NCBI GenBank assembly: GCA_043747615.1
Contig: JAYTOU010000093.1
Coordinates: 32,001 to 96,000, forward strand
Length of the DNA stretch: 64,000 nucleotides
Origin: Myxococcales bacterium
GTDB taxonomy: Bacteria; Myxococcota_A; Polyangia; Polyangiales; Polyangiaceae
Reading direction: 5' to 3'
A model generated the notes under the pieces. The model was given only the letters and a program-made list of their open reading frames with translations. It did no database searches and was not told the origin of the DNA. A program made the translations under genes and the position numbers. Position 1 is the stretch's first letter. Every line of letters begins with the position of its first letter. Shown here one piece after another: positions 29,776 to 39,416 of the stretch.

Positions 29776-30252
29776 TCAGTCGCCGAGACGCACCGTTGGG
29801 AACTGCGTGTTCTCGCGGTGCGGTGCTGCGACCGAAACGATCTTCTCGCCCATCAGGCCGACGTCGCCGTCGATGCGCGTTTCACGTTCGAGGAGCCAAT
29901 CGCCTTTGTGGTCGTGCCAGGTCTGGCGCAGCGTCGTCTGGCGGAGCTCCTGCTCATCCGGGCTGTACCAAGCCACACGAACCGAGACTTCCGCTTCCTC
30001 TTTGGTCGTCATTCGCAGGCCGGCGAGCTCGCAATCTGCGATGCGAACGCGACCGCCCCAGCCTTTGTGGACGCGGATGAACTCCTCACGCTCCTTCGCG
30101 GCGACGCGCTCCATGGCCATCTCCATGCGGCCGAACCGCATGTTGAGGTTGAGCTCCGTCGCAGACTCTTGGACGGCGGCCGCACCGCGCGCCTGGTTGA
30201 GACACGCCGTGAAGCCGAGAAGAACAAGGAAAACCGATCGTCGACCGTGCAT
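29776..30252 (-). CDS. Hypothetical lipoprotein
   Basis: FTAC lipobox; TAGGGT-N6-ATG. Confidence 0.75.
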   Translation of the reverse strand: MHGRRSVFLVLLGFTACLNQARGAAAVQESATELNLNMRFGRMEMAMERVAAKEREEFIRVHKGWGGRVRIADCELAGLRMTTKEEAEVSVRVAWYSPDEQELRQTTLRQTWHDHKGDWLLERETRIDGDVGLMGEKIVSVAAPHRENTQFPTVRLGD

Positions 30253-30299
30253 CGCGCGACCCTACGGAAGGCGCGCGCGGACGGCCTACTTTTCGGCGA

Positions 30300-33269
30300 T
30301 CAGAAGGGCACGGCCGCTACGAAATAGACTTTGTCGAGGCCGCCGCTCGCCCACCCGTGCGCGTATCCAATTCGAAACGTGAAGCCGATCACGTAGCCGA
30401 GCAGGCTGTCGAACCAAAGCTCTGCGCCCGTCCCCGTTTTGAACTTCGCGGTCTCGGCAAAGTCGAAGGCGCTCCCGTAGTCGACGAACACGTTGCCGCT
30501 AAGTCGCTGGAAGAAGATGGGCAGCGTGGAGAGGCCGCGATCGACGTTGAGGATCGGAAAGCGATACTCCGCATTGAAGAGCGCGAAGTTGCGTCCGGCC
30601 TCGATGACCGTGGGGTAGCCCCGCATGGTGATTCCGCCTTGGATGAGGATGTTGCGCACGGTGTCGTAGAGCGGAAGATCGACGAAGCCGCCCACGAAGT
30701 AGGGTCCGCGCCCAGGGAAGTTGCCGCCACTCGTCCCGCCGCTGGCGTGAAGGCCAAGCGAGTGATGCCGTAGCCAGGGCATGGTCGCGTACGTCGCGAA
30801 CGAGGTCGACGCCGCGAAGCCACTGAAGTCGCTGGCGAGCGCGGGGTTCGTGAAATCGAGATTTGCGTTGAGAGAGAAGCCCTTTTCCGGGCCGATGCTC
30901 CACAGGTAACGCTGCGCGTTCGAGTATCCCCAGCCGACGCTCAACGTTCCCAACATGCCCGCCCCCGGGTAGGTCGGCGTCTCGTACGGATCGATATGCC
31001 CGGTGGAGCTCGGGTACTGCACGCCGAGTCGCGCAGCCGAATAGTTCGCGGAGAAGGACTGCCCGTCGAACTGCCCGGGGAGGCTGTAGGAAATGCCCGT
31101 CGCAATGCCCACGGCCTCTTGCACGTACGCCGGCTTGTAATTTTGCCCGAGTGAATAGCCGGCATGCGGGGAGATCGAGCGGAACGCGTGCATCCCGAGG
31201 TCGAACGGAAAACGACCGTAATTGTAGCCGAGGTCGAGCTGCACCTCTGGCCGCTCGAGCTCCGTGGTGAGCGTCGCCAGAATCGAGTGATGCCCGGCGA
31301 TGTCGCCGCCCGCGGCACCCACGATGATCGCCTGCCCAAAATTTCCGGGAGTGATCTGGAGGCTGAAGGTCCGCGGCCGCAGGGTGTGCAGAGGGTTGTA
31401 CGCGGTGATCGGAAAAACTTGGTGAGGCGGATCGTGGTGGACGGTCGGGCGAGCGTCGACGAAGGGTAGAGCGTCCGGCGCGGTCTCCGGATTTACCGGC
31501 ATGGCGAAGAGGTCGAATCCCGTGTGCGTGTATCCCACGTAAGCGAGCGTCTTGCCGTCCGGCGAAATCGACGGCTGGTAGGCGCCGTTGATCACGTTGG
31601 TGATCTGCTTCAAGCGTCCGGTGGCGACTTCCCACGCGAAGACGTTCGACACTCCCGTGCGGTCGGAGTGAAAGTAGAGCCACGCACCATCCGGGGAAAA
31701 AGAAGGCCCCGCGTCGATCGCGCGATCCTTCGTGACCTCTGCGAAGGAGCCGTCGCTACTGTCGACGAAGCGAATGTCCCGGTAGCCGCCGCGGGTCCAC
31801 ACGCTGTACGCGACGTGGCGGTTGTCGGGCGACCAGTGGGCGCCGTAGACCTGCTCGAAGCCGTTGCTCTTCACGAGCACGTGCGTGTTCGTCAGCTCGC
31901 CGTCGACGCTGAGGTCGGCGATCTGGAGGTAGCTCGTGCCACGATGATTGGTGGAGAAGACGACGCGCCGTCCGTCGGGAGACACGTCGGGATCGCTCGC
32001 TCGAAAGCCGTGCGTGAGCCGCTTCCGATGCCCCTCGAGCCCCGACGGACTCTTCAGCCCGGTCTTGATCTCGAACAGCTCCCCAAAGGCGAAGATGTTG
32101 CTCGTGTAGTCGATCGAATCGAAGACCACGCTGCCGTCCGGCTCGAAGCTCGCCGCCGAAGCTTCGTTCGTGCGAATGAGAAGCTCGCGCTTGTCCTCCC
32201 CCGCCGCGGTCACGTTGCCGCGCGCATCGCGCTTGATGTGCTGACCGTAGAGCCCCGGCGTGGAGTGCCCGTCGTCGCGAAAGTAAAGAAGGTCGCCAGC
32301 GTACCCGTCCCACGCATTGCCCGGGATCCATCGCGGGTGGCGTGCCGTCTGGCCCCCATGGGTGATCCGCACGCCCTCGCGAATTCCCCGCGCACGAATG
32401 GTCGCAGCCTGGGCCTCGAAATCGCGCTTCAACGTGGCAATCCACGCGGGATACATATCTTCGAAGGTGCGCCCCGTGGCTCGGCGAATCGCTCGATTTA
32501 CCCCGAAGGGAATGATGTTCGCGCCGTAGTCGGCGATCATTTTTCGGATCGCCTCTTCGCCGTACGTCTGGCGAATCCACTTCATGAAAAACGACCCGTA
32601 AAGGTACCAGATGTTTCCTTGCGGCCAGCGACGCGGGGTGTTCGAGAACTGGTCGAGCGGGGCGATGTTGTTCTCGAGAACGTCGGCGCGCATGTACATC
32701 TGCCACTGCGATGACCGCAGTCGCCCGCCGCTCGTCTGCTCCGACTCCTCGAGCACCGCGAGCCCCTCGAGGATCCACCGCGGCTGCACCTGGTTGGGGA
32801 CGAACGTCTTGCCGATGATCCCGTTGATGAAGCCGGGGAGGCCCGTGATGTTGTCGATGTGAAGGGTGTGCGTGTACTCGTGAGAGAGGAGATCTTCGTA
32901 CCAGTCGTCGATGTCCCCCAGCGGCGACATGTCGTCCGGAGCCGTCAAAAACAGGCGGATCGAGTTGTACGGAAGGCCGGAGGTGATGCCGTTGGCGCTG
33001 TCGGTCTGGTCGAAGAGTGCGATCTCCGTCTTCTCTTTGGGCGACCACCCGAGCACCGGGGAGAGGCGCGCGTGGATCGCTTCACCGACCTCGCCGACGT
33101 GCTGGGCGACCTCCGCTTCACCCGAGTAGTAGGAGATCCGAAAGTGCGGCGTCTCGAGCGACTTCCACTCGAGATTGGGATCGTTCGCGGCGCGCGCGGC
33201 TGGCGAGCAGAAGAGAGCGCCCAGGGCGAAAGTGAGAAACGCAAACCTGTACGGTCTTTTGCAATGCAC
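30300..33269 (-). CDS. Peptidase-like (HExxH) + TolB/PD40 beta-propeller + Omp85-type barrel outer-membrane protein
   Basis: Signal peptide; HEYTH...PRWILEGLA; multiple P..SPDG repeats; MRGY motif, EYRFP, terminal Phe. Confidence 0.82.
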   Translation of the reverse strand: MHCKRPYRFAFLTFALGALFCSPAARAANDPNLEWKSLETPHFRISYYSGEAEVAQHVGEVGEAIHARLSPVLGWSPKEKTEIALFDQTDSANGITSGLPYNSIRLFLTAPDDMSPLGDIDDWYEDLLSHEYTHTLHIDNITGLPGFINGIIGKTFVPNQVQPRWILEGLAVLEESEQTSGGRLRSSQWQMYMRADVLENNIAPLDQFSNTPRRWPQGNIWYLYGSFFMKWIRQTYGEEAIRKMIADYGANIIPFGVNRAIRRATGRTFEDMYPAWIATLKRDFEAQAATIRARGIREGVRITHGGQTARHPRWIPGNAWDGYAGDLLYFRDDGHSTPGLYGQHIKRDARGNVTAAGEDKRELLIRTNEASAASFEPDGSVVFDSIDYTSNIFAFGELFEIKTGLKSPSGLEGHRKRLTHGFRASDPDVSPDGRRVVFSTNHRGTSYLQIADLSVDGELTNTHVLVKSNGFEQVYGAHWSPDNRHVAYSVWTRGGYRDIRFVDSSDGSFAEVTKDRAIDAGPSFSPDGAWLYFHSDRTGVSNVFAWEVATGRLKQITNVINGAYQPSISPDGKTLAYVGYTHTGFDLFAMPVNPETAPDALPFVDARPTVHHDPPHQVFPITAYNPLHTLRPRTFSLQITPGNFGQAIIVGAAGGDIAGHHSILATLTTELERPEVQLDLGYNYGRFPFDLGMHAFRSISPHAGYSLGQNYKPAYVQEAVGIATGISYSLPGQFDGQSFSANYSAARLGVQYPSSTGHIDPYETPTYPGAGMLGTLSVGWGYSNAQRYLWSIGPEKGFSLNANLDFTNPALASDFSGFAASTSFATYATMPWLRHHSLGLHASGGTSGGNFPGRGPYFVGGFVDLPLYDTVRNILIQGGITMRGYPTVIEAGRNFALFNAEYRFPILNVDRGLSTLPIFFQRLSGNVFVDYGSAFDFAETAKFKTGTGAELWFDSLLGYVIGFTFRIGYAHGWASGGLDKVYFVAAVPF

Positions 33270-33306
33270 GCGAAGCCGGGGCGCAGTCTACACTCCCTTT
33301 TTAGCC

Positions 33307-33506
33307 GTGAAGCCCTCTTCTCTTGTCCTCTTCTCTTCGCCCTCGTCTTCGCCGCCTGCTCCACCAATCAGGCAAGCGCGCCGATCCCTCCGACGAATCC
33401 GGGGGCGCTGATCTCGACCCTGACCGACCTCGCAGACCTCGGCGAAAAGCGGGTTGGAACAGACGCCGGCGCGCGCGCGGGTGCGCTACGACTTGCCATC
33501 CCGTAA
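33307..33506 (+). pseudogene. Frameshifted, truncated lipoprotein remnant (M28 peptidase-like N-terminus)
   Basis: GTG start frame (VKPSSLVL) differs from the frame carrying LFALVFAAC lipobox and LADLGEKRVGTDAG; early TAA. Confidence 0.45.
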
Positions 33507-33517
33507 AACGGCCTAAT

Positions 33518-34444
33518 TTAGAGGAAAAAAGCGGCGCGGGCGTCCTCTCGCGGAACGACGAGATCCTCTCCATAGTCGGGAGTGACGCGCGTCACCTTCG
33601 GATCGAGATCCCTCACCTCGCGGAGAAATCCATCTACGTCGATGCCCGGCAGGAGATGCACGCCGCGCTCGAGCGGAGCAAAGAACGCATCGTGGTGGGT
33701 CGGAACGACGAGGCGCGGCGTGAGCGCTGTCATCAGGCGCTTGACGTAATCACGCGTCGCTCGGCGGCCCGCGAGGCCTGCGATGAGCACATCGGCGTGA
33801 ATCCCGTGCAGCTCGGCGTCGACCAGATCGGCGCTGCCGTTGTGGTAGATCGACACGCCGCCCGCCTTGAGAAAAAGGCCGAACGCCCCTCCCATCCGGT
33901 AATGCCAGGCGCGCGCGGGCAGCGGCGGTGACGTGCTCACCTCGCCCGGAGCCGGCACCCGCCCGAGAAAAATGCGCCCGTGAAGGCTCGGCACGAAGCG
34001 CACGTCGATGTCGCCGACGGTGAAGCTCGCCCCCTCGGGCGGAATGAACACGAGCTTGTCAGGCGCGACCCCGGAAGCTTTGGCGAAGGCGCAGGTAGTC
34101 GGCGATCCCGCTATTTTCGCGCCTGTTTTCGCGGCGATGTGGGGCGCATCGAGGAGGTGATCGAAGTGACTGTGCCCGCACAAGACGGCGTCGACCCGGG
34201 ATGGAATCCAGCGCGTGATGGCTGCCGCATCCGGCGTGAGGGTCTGCGACGCAAGCCGCAGCAGCCCTGGCCGCGACAGAAACGGATCGATGAGCACGGT
34301 CGTTGTGCGTGTCGCGATCACGAAGCCCGCGGTGCCAAGCCAGCGCACCCGCACGCCTCCCTCGGCGGCCTCGGAGGATGGCTTGCCGCGCGGTCGGAGC
34401 TCGGCGCGCGGTTTCCATCGAGCAAAGATCCGCTCGTAAATCAA
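33518..34444 (-). CDS. MBL-fold metallo-hydrolase
   Basis: WLGTAGF, LIDPFLSR, GHSHFDHLLD, SLH, PTHHD. Confidence 0.9.
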   Translation of the reverse strand: MIYERIFARWKPRAELRPRGKPSSEAAEGGVRVRWLGTAGFVIATRTTTVLIDPFLSRPGLLRLASQTLTPDAAAITRWIPSRVDAVLCGHSHFDHLLDAPHIAAKTGAKIAGSPTTCAFAKASGVAPDKLVFIPPEGASFTVGDIDVRFVPSLHGRIFLGRVPAPGEVSTSPPLPARAWHYRMGGAFGLFLKAGGVSIYHNGSADLVDAELHGIHADVLIAGLAGRRATRDYVKRLMTALTPRLVVPTHHDAFFAPLERGVHLLPGIDVDGFLREVRDLDPKVTRVTPDYGEDLVVPREDARAAFFL

Positions 34445-34450
34445 AGGGGA

Positions 34451-35413
34451 TCAGAGGTCGTCGTGAAAGAGCGGCTCGCGATTACGCACGTAGCGATAGA
34501 TGAGCTGACGAGCCTCATTCGTGATCTGGGTGAACTGGGCGCCGAAGCCTGGCGGCGCATCTGCGCCTCCCTCGGATTGTTCGCGCGACCAGCGGACTAC
34601 TGCGTTGGCCTCGAACTCGTAGCCACCGGGGAGCGACACGCGGAGGCGCACGGGCGTTCCAATCTTGGGCACCATGTACGTCGAGACGAAGAGCCCGCCG
34701 TGGTCGATGATGTCGTTCCCGGAGAGGCCCTTGTAAAAGTTCGTGGAGCTCTGGGCGCCGAGATCGGCGGTGACGATCGGCATGTCTCCGGTGGCCGCGG
34801 GCACGGCGACTTGCGCGCGCGGTTGCTGCTCTGGCGGAGGCGCCGCAAACGGATCGCGGTCGATCTGAGGCGCGGGCTGATACACCGGCGCGGCGGCGGG
34901 CGGCGGCGGCTGGTAGAGGGGCTGCGGGGGAGCGGGTGCGCGAACGGGCTGAAACGCCTGCTGCGGAGCCTGTTGGGGAGGCGCTTGCGGCGGCTGGTAT
35001 GCGGGCTGGGGCTGGTGGACGGCCTGGGGCGCCGCGGCTGGGTGAGCGCCTTGACGCGGCGGCGACGCGGCAACCGGAGCGGGCGCCGCCAGCCCGGCGA
35101 GCTTGCTGAGTGCGTGGACCAGACCGAGCGACGACGCAACGGCCTCCACGGCCTGCGCCACGGCCGGATGGTTGGCTGGCTGCGCCTGAAGTTGCTGAAG
35201 GGCCGTCCGAACGTTGTCCAAGGCCACGTTGGCGTGGGGCACGAGCTGTGTCCCATTCGATCGCTCGATCTGATGGAGCGCACCCATCGCTTGCGCGATC
35301 GGAGCCGCGAGGGCCACCAGGTTCGGGGGAATGTTGGGATCGGACTGAAGGGCCGAGAGTCCGCGCGAGAGGGATTCTCGTGCGGTGCGCGCGGAGGATG
35401 CGGGGTCGGACAC
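34451..35413 (-). CDS. PilZ-like (TIGR02266-type) protein with helical N-terminus and Pro/Gln linker
   Basis: S.NFYKG...GGLFVST, VVRW, PGFGAQF, REPLF at C-terminus. Confidence 0.8.
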   Translation of the reverse strand: MSDPASSARTARESLSRGLSALQSDPNIPPNLVALAAPIAQAMGALHQIERSNGTQLVPHANVALDNVRTALQQLQAQPANHPAVAQAVEAVASSLGLVHALSKLAGLAAPAPVAASPPRQGAHPAAAPQAVHQPQPAYQPPQAPPQQAPQQAFQPVRAPAPPQPLYQPPPPAAAPVYQPAPQIDRDPFAAPPPEQQPRAQVAVPAATGDMPIVTADLGAQSSTNFYKGLSGNDIIDHGGLFVSTYMVPKIGTPVRLRVSLPGGYEFEANAVVRWSREQSEGGADAPPGFGAQFTQITNEARQLIYRYVRNREPLFHDDL

Positions 35414-35493
35414 GGCTCTGAATCTCCGGGAGATGGTCGCTTCGTGGAGCTTGGATGCTACGGCGTTTTTCGACTTCAGGGAACGAAAGCGCT

Positions 35494-36393
35494 TTAAAAT
35501 CCGATTCTAGTCACGAGTCGGGCGAGAGCGGCGCGGTCGAGCTCTTCTTCTTCGTCGCTGCCTTCGACCTCCCGCCTGCCCGCGAGGAGCTCGATCGCGC
35601 CATCGGCCGTGCGCACGACGGCGCTTCCCCCGACTACCGCAGCCTCGCCGGGGTGGAGCGCCTTGGGAAATACGTTCGTCACCCGGGCGCGGGTGATCAC
35701 CACGGACGCGTCGCCTATGTCGGTGATCGTTCCGGGCCAGGGGCTCGCGGCGCGGACCCGCCGGGCGAGGTGCTCCGCTTCGTCGTTGAAGCGCAGGACG
35801 AGATCTTCTTCGCTCGGCTCTGGCGCGCTCGTGGCCAGCGCTTCGTTTTGCGCCACGGCCGCCGGCGGCTCGCTCGATCCGAGGGACCGGGCCACCTTGC
35901 GAAGAAGGGCAAGCGACGGACGATCGAGCTTTTTTGCAAGGGTCCACGCGCTCCAGGAGGGATCGATCGAGAGCTTTCGCTGTCCGTAGATCGCACCGGT
36001 GTCGTAAGCGTCGTCGAGACGATGCGCGCTGACCCCGGTGACCGTATCGCCCGAAGCAATCGCCCAATAATAGGGATCGGGACCGCGGTGCCGGGGAAGG
36101 AGCGAGGGATGGACTCCGAAGGCGCCGAGGGGCGCGACGTCGAGCACCGCGCGAGGAATGCGCTTGGTCCAAAACCAGCTCACCAGCAGCTCCGGACGCG
36201 CATCGCGCACGCGGGAGACCACCTCGGGATCTTCGAAGTCAGGAACGAGATCCACCCTGGTTTTCCCGAGTCGGCGCAGAAGGCGCCTCGTCCCGAGCGC
36301 ACCTCGCCGGCAGATCGCCGCGTACACGATCTCGTGCCCATCCTCGAGAAGTAAAAGAGCCGCGAGCGGCAAACCCGCGAAGGCGATCCTCAC
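35494..36393 (-). CDS. Formyltransferase, methionyl-tRNA formyltransferase-like
   Basis: HPSLLPRHRG..P, DTG, C-terminal RVRA..PWPG domain. Confidence 0.85.
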   Translation of the reverse strand: MRIAFAGLPLAALLLLEDGHEIVYAAICRRGALGTRRLLRRLGKTRVDLVPDFEDPEVVSRVRDARPELLVSWFWTKRIPRAVLDVAPLGAFGVHPSLLPRHRGPDPYYWAIASGDTVTGVSAHRLDDAYDTGAIYGQRKLSIDPSWSAWTLAKKLDRPSLALLRKVARSLGSSEPPAAVAQNEALATSAPEPSEEDLVLRFNDEAEHLARRVRAASPWPGTITDIGDASVVITRARVTNVFPKALHPGEAAVVGGSAVVRTADGAIELLAGRREVEGSDEEEELDRAALARLVTRIGF

Positions 36394-36415
36394 GTGGCCT
36401 TCGGCCTTTAGAGCT

Positions 36416-37537
36416 TCACGTGTTTTGGGCCGCTACGCCGTGAACGCCCGTGGTCGGCTCGTCGCCGAGCTGACGGAGGAGCGCCGTTCGCATGGCGTGC
36501 TCGACGAGCGTCCAGAGCTGCCCGCGATCCGTGGAGCGACCAAGAAATCCGATCGGAATGCGGAAGCCGCCCTTGTCCCTGCGGCCGCCGCCGTAGGCGC
36601 GACCTTTGTCGTCGTAGCCGAACGCTTGCTCGAGCCACGCAGCGGGGTCCACGCTCGGCGAGTGGGTGCGGAGGGAGCCTTCGATGAAGCGCTCGCCGAC
36701 CACGCCGTAGACGACGACGGTGTCGATGTCCTCACGCCTGACGAGGAAATCAGCCGCTTGCGCGATCGTGTCGCGATCGCCTTCGGAGACGAACCCGACG
36801 CCGGCCATCGCGAAGTTACGACGCACGAAGAGCGATGCGAGGGCGCGGGCCATGACGTCCATCGCGCTCGGCGCGATCAGGCGGCGGCTGAGATCGGCGA
36901 GCAACTCGCGATCACACACCTCGGCAATCTGCGCTGCAGCGCGAAAATCGGCAGCGCGCGCGAGCATGAAGTCGTCGGTGTCCGTGGAGAGACCATGCAT
37001 CAGCGCCGTGGCGATCCGCCTGTCCTCCTCGGCGTCGCCGTCGAACGGGGTGAGCTCGGTCAGGTACTCGACGAAGATCGTCGCCGTGGCACCCACCTCC
37101 AGCCGAATGTCCACGAAACGCGCGGCAGGCGGCACGGGAGCGCGGTGGTGATCGACGATCGTAAGTACCTCGATTTCCTCGGCATCGGTCAGCTCCGGAT
37201 CGAGGTCGTGGGCATCGACGAAGGAGATGAAATCGACGCCCGGGACTTCCTTCACGCTCTTGATCTTCCGCAGATCGACCCCGAGCAACTTCACGAGCGC
37301 CCGGTTCTCCCGGTGACTGAGGTCGTGGCAATAAGCGATCGTCGTTTTGGCGACGCCATACCGCGCGCCGATGTGAGCTTGGGCAAGTGCGCAGGCGATC
37401 CCATCGGGATCCGGATGGCCGCGGAGGGCGACGAGCACGTGCTTCCCTTTTGCTTGGGAGAGCGCATCGGCAAAGGCCTTGGCGCGTTCCGGAGGGTTCG
37501 GCGCGGGGAGCGGAAGCCGCCTTACGGGATCAACCAT
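36416..37537 (-). CDS. DHH/DHHA1 family phosphoesterase (NrnA-like)
   Basis: HPDPD, FVD, VDHH, TDT, SLRT, GGG motifs. Confidence 0.9.
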   Translation of the reverse strand: MVDPVRRLPLPAPNPPERAKAFADALSQAKGKHVLVALRGHPDPDGIACALAQAHIGARYGVAKTTIAYCHDLSHRENRALVKLLGVDLRKIKSVKEVPGVDFISFVDAHDLDPELTDAEEIEVLTIVDHHRAPVPPAARFVDIRLEVGATATIFVEYLTELTPFDGDAEEDRRIATALMHGLSTDTDDFMLARAADFRAAAQIAEVCDRELLADLSRRLIAPSAMDVMARALASLFVRRNFAMAGVGFVSEGDRDTIAQAADFLVRREDIDTVVVYGVVGERFIEGSLRTHSPSVDPAAWLEQAFGYDDKGRAYGGGRRDKGGFRIPIGFLGRSTDRGQLWTLVEHAMRTALLRQLGDEPTTGVHGVAAQNT

Positions 37538-37709
37538 GAGGGCAATTGTGGCCTCGTTCTGGGCTCCTGGTCCAGCGGGGAGCCTTTTTCCTCCGCTTGT
37601 GCTGCCGCCGCGAACCCCCGTTCCCGCGGGGGAGGTGTTACTCTTCCGGCCCTTGGGTGCGGCTCAGGTTCGAACAATCCCCGCGTGGCGGGTCACGGTC
37701 TACCGTGCC

Positions 37710-39410
37710 GTGCGGGCGCTCGCGTTACCGCTGGTCGTGGGTCTCCCGCCGCTCTTTTGGGTGGTCGAGGCCTCCTACCGCGCCTCTCTCACGACCCTCG
37801 GACGCGATCAGGGCATCTTTCAGTACGTCGCCTGGGCGATCCAAAAAGGGGCGGTCGATTACCGCGATGTCAGGGACGTCAACGGCCCGCTCACCCACCT
37901 AGTGCACATGATTTTTCTCGCCCTCGGCGGTCGGGACGAGCACCAGTTTCGCGTCCTCGACATGATCGTGACGGGAGCGGCCTTCGCGCTTGCGGCGGCC
38001 TGCTTGCCGGGGATCGGACGGAGCGGGAAGGTGCGCGTCATCGAGCGCGTCGGCTGGGCATTCGCCGGATGGGTGATCCTCACGGGACAGCATCTTCTCT
38101 ATCTGTACTGGGACCTCGCACAGCGAGAGACGTTCTTCGACTGGTTCATGCTGAGCGCGGTGGCCCTCCAGCTCTACGCCGAACGCGAGCTGCGAAATCC
38201 AGTCGGCAAGCACGCGCTCTTCGTCCTCGCGCTCGCCGGGGGGCTCGGGGTGATTCCGTGGTTCGGAAAACCGACGTACGTCATCTTCAGCGCCGTCCAG
38301 GTGGCGGCCTTGCTCCTGAACGACCAGACGACGATCTCCCGAAAAAAGAGGCTCTCCGCGCTGGTGCTGGGCGGCGCCGTCGGAGCGCTGACCCAAGTCG
38401 CTTTCCTCCTTTGGCGCGGCGACATTCGCGCGTTCCTCAAAATTTATTTGGTCGACGTGCCTGCGATGTACCGCTTCATGCTTCCCCGCTCACCTGCGGA
38501 AATTCTCTCGCTCACGTGGGGCGGTCCGATGTCGGCGATCGCCTTCGGGACCAGCCTTCTTCTCTTGGCGCTCATCTGGGACGGGCAGATGCCGCGGCGC
38601 GCGCTCGGGGTAGCGCTCCTTCCGCTCGCGGGGATCGTCAGCGTCCTCGCCCAGGCCAAGGGGTTTCCGTATCACTTTCATCCGGTCACTGCGGGGCTAC
38701 ACCTCCAGTGGCTCCTTCTCGTGGTGTGGCTCTGGGAGCGCTACCAATTTGCACCGCGCAAGGCGATTTTCCCGCGAGCTGTGCCGTTCGTCGCCGCTGC
38801 CGCGCTCACCCTCAAGGTGGCCGTGTCGATGACGACGTCCCCGCACATTCTGGATTTGTGGATCCTCGACAAAGGCGCCAACGCCGAAACCCGCGGTACG
38901 CGCGACTACTTGGTCTACTTCGAGGACAAAGATTTTTTCCCGTGGGAGATGCGGCAGACCGCGGAGTACCTGCGCGAGCACACCACGCCGAACGATCGCG
39001 TGCAGATCTATGGGATGGACCCTTACGTTCTTTTCCTCGCCGAACGTCTGAGCGCGACTCCCTACATTTACGTCTACGACCTGAATGCAGACGCGGCCCT
39101 CGGGGGATCATGGCTGCCCGAGGGGCTCCATCCGAACGGCGAGCAATCGACGAAGATCCGTGCGCTTCGCAGCGAGCACGTCGACGATCTCTACGCTCGC
39201 GTGAAAAAGGCTCCTCCGGCCGCCTTCGTTTTTTTCGACAAGTCGCCACTGATCAGCTTCGAAGACGCGTGGATCGACTTTGCGGAGCACTCGCCGGAGG
39301 CGGCGGCCTGGGTTCATGAGCACTATAAAGAGACTGCCGCTTTTGCTGCAGACCACATTTGGATGAGGAACGACCTCGCCGAAAAGATTGCCACGAGTAA
39401 GGTGCCCTAG
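37710..39410 (+). CDS. Polytopic membrane glycosyltransferase-like protein (GT-C/ArnT-like); start uncertain
   Basis: RDQGIFQY..., YRDVRDVNGPL loop, about 12 TMs, KP motif, YHF.P, periplasmic C-terminal domain. Confidence 0.65.
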   Translation: MRALALPLVVGLPPLFWVVEASYRASLTTLGRDQGIFQYVAWAIQKGAVDYRDVRDVNGPLTHLVHMIFLALGGRDEHQFRVLDMIVTGAAFALAAACLPGIGRSGKVRVIERVGWAFAGWVILTGQHLLYLYWDLAQRETFFDWFMLSAVALQLYAERELRNPVGKHALFVLALAGGLGVIPWFGKPTYVIFSAVQVAALLLNDQTTISRKKRLSALVLGGAVGALTQVAFLLWRGDIRAFLKIYLVDVPAMYRFMLPRSPAEILSLTWGGPMSAIAFGTSLLLLALIWDGQMPRRALGVALLPLAGIVSVLAQAKGFPYHFHPVTAGLHLQWLLLVVWLWERYQFAPRKAIFPRAVPFVAAAALTLKVAVSMTTSPHILDLWILDKGANAETRGTRDYLVYFEDKDFFPWEMRQTAEYLREHTTPNDRVQIYGMDPYVLFLAERLSATPYIYVYDLNADAALGGSWLPEGLHPNGEQSTKIRALRSEHVDDLYARVKKAPPAAFVFFDKSPLISFEDAWIDFAEHSPEAAAWVHEHYKETAAFAADHIWMRNDLAEKIATSKVP

Positions 39411-39416
39411 CGTCCC

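Noticed and set aside
36158..39319. 1053-aa plus-strand ORF and other long overlapping ORFs (e.g. 259-1458, 8956-10374, 22694-24382, 33980-35497, 51683-53062)
   Set aside because: Antisense or off-frame shadows of well-supported genes; Arg-rich, no motifs; expected in high-GC DNA
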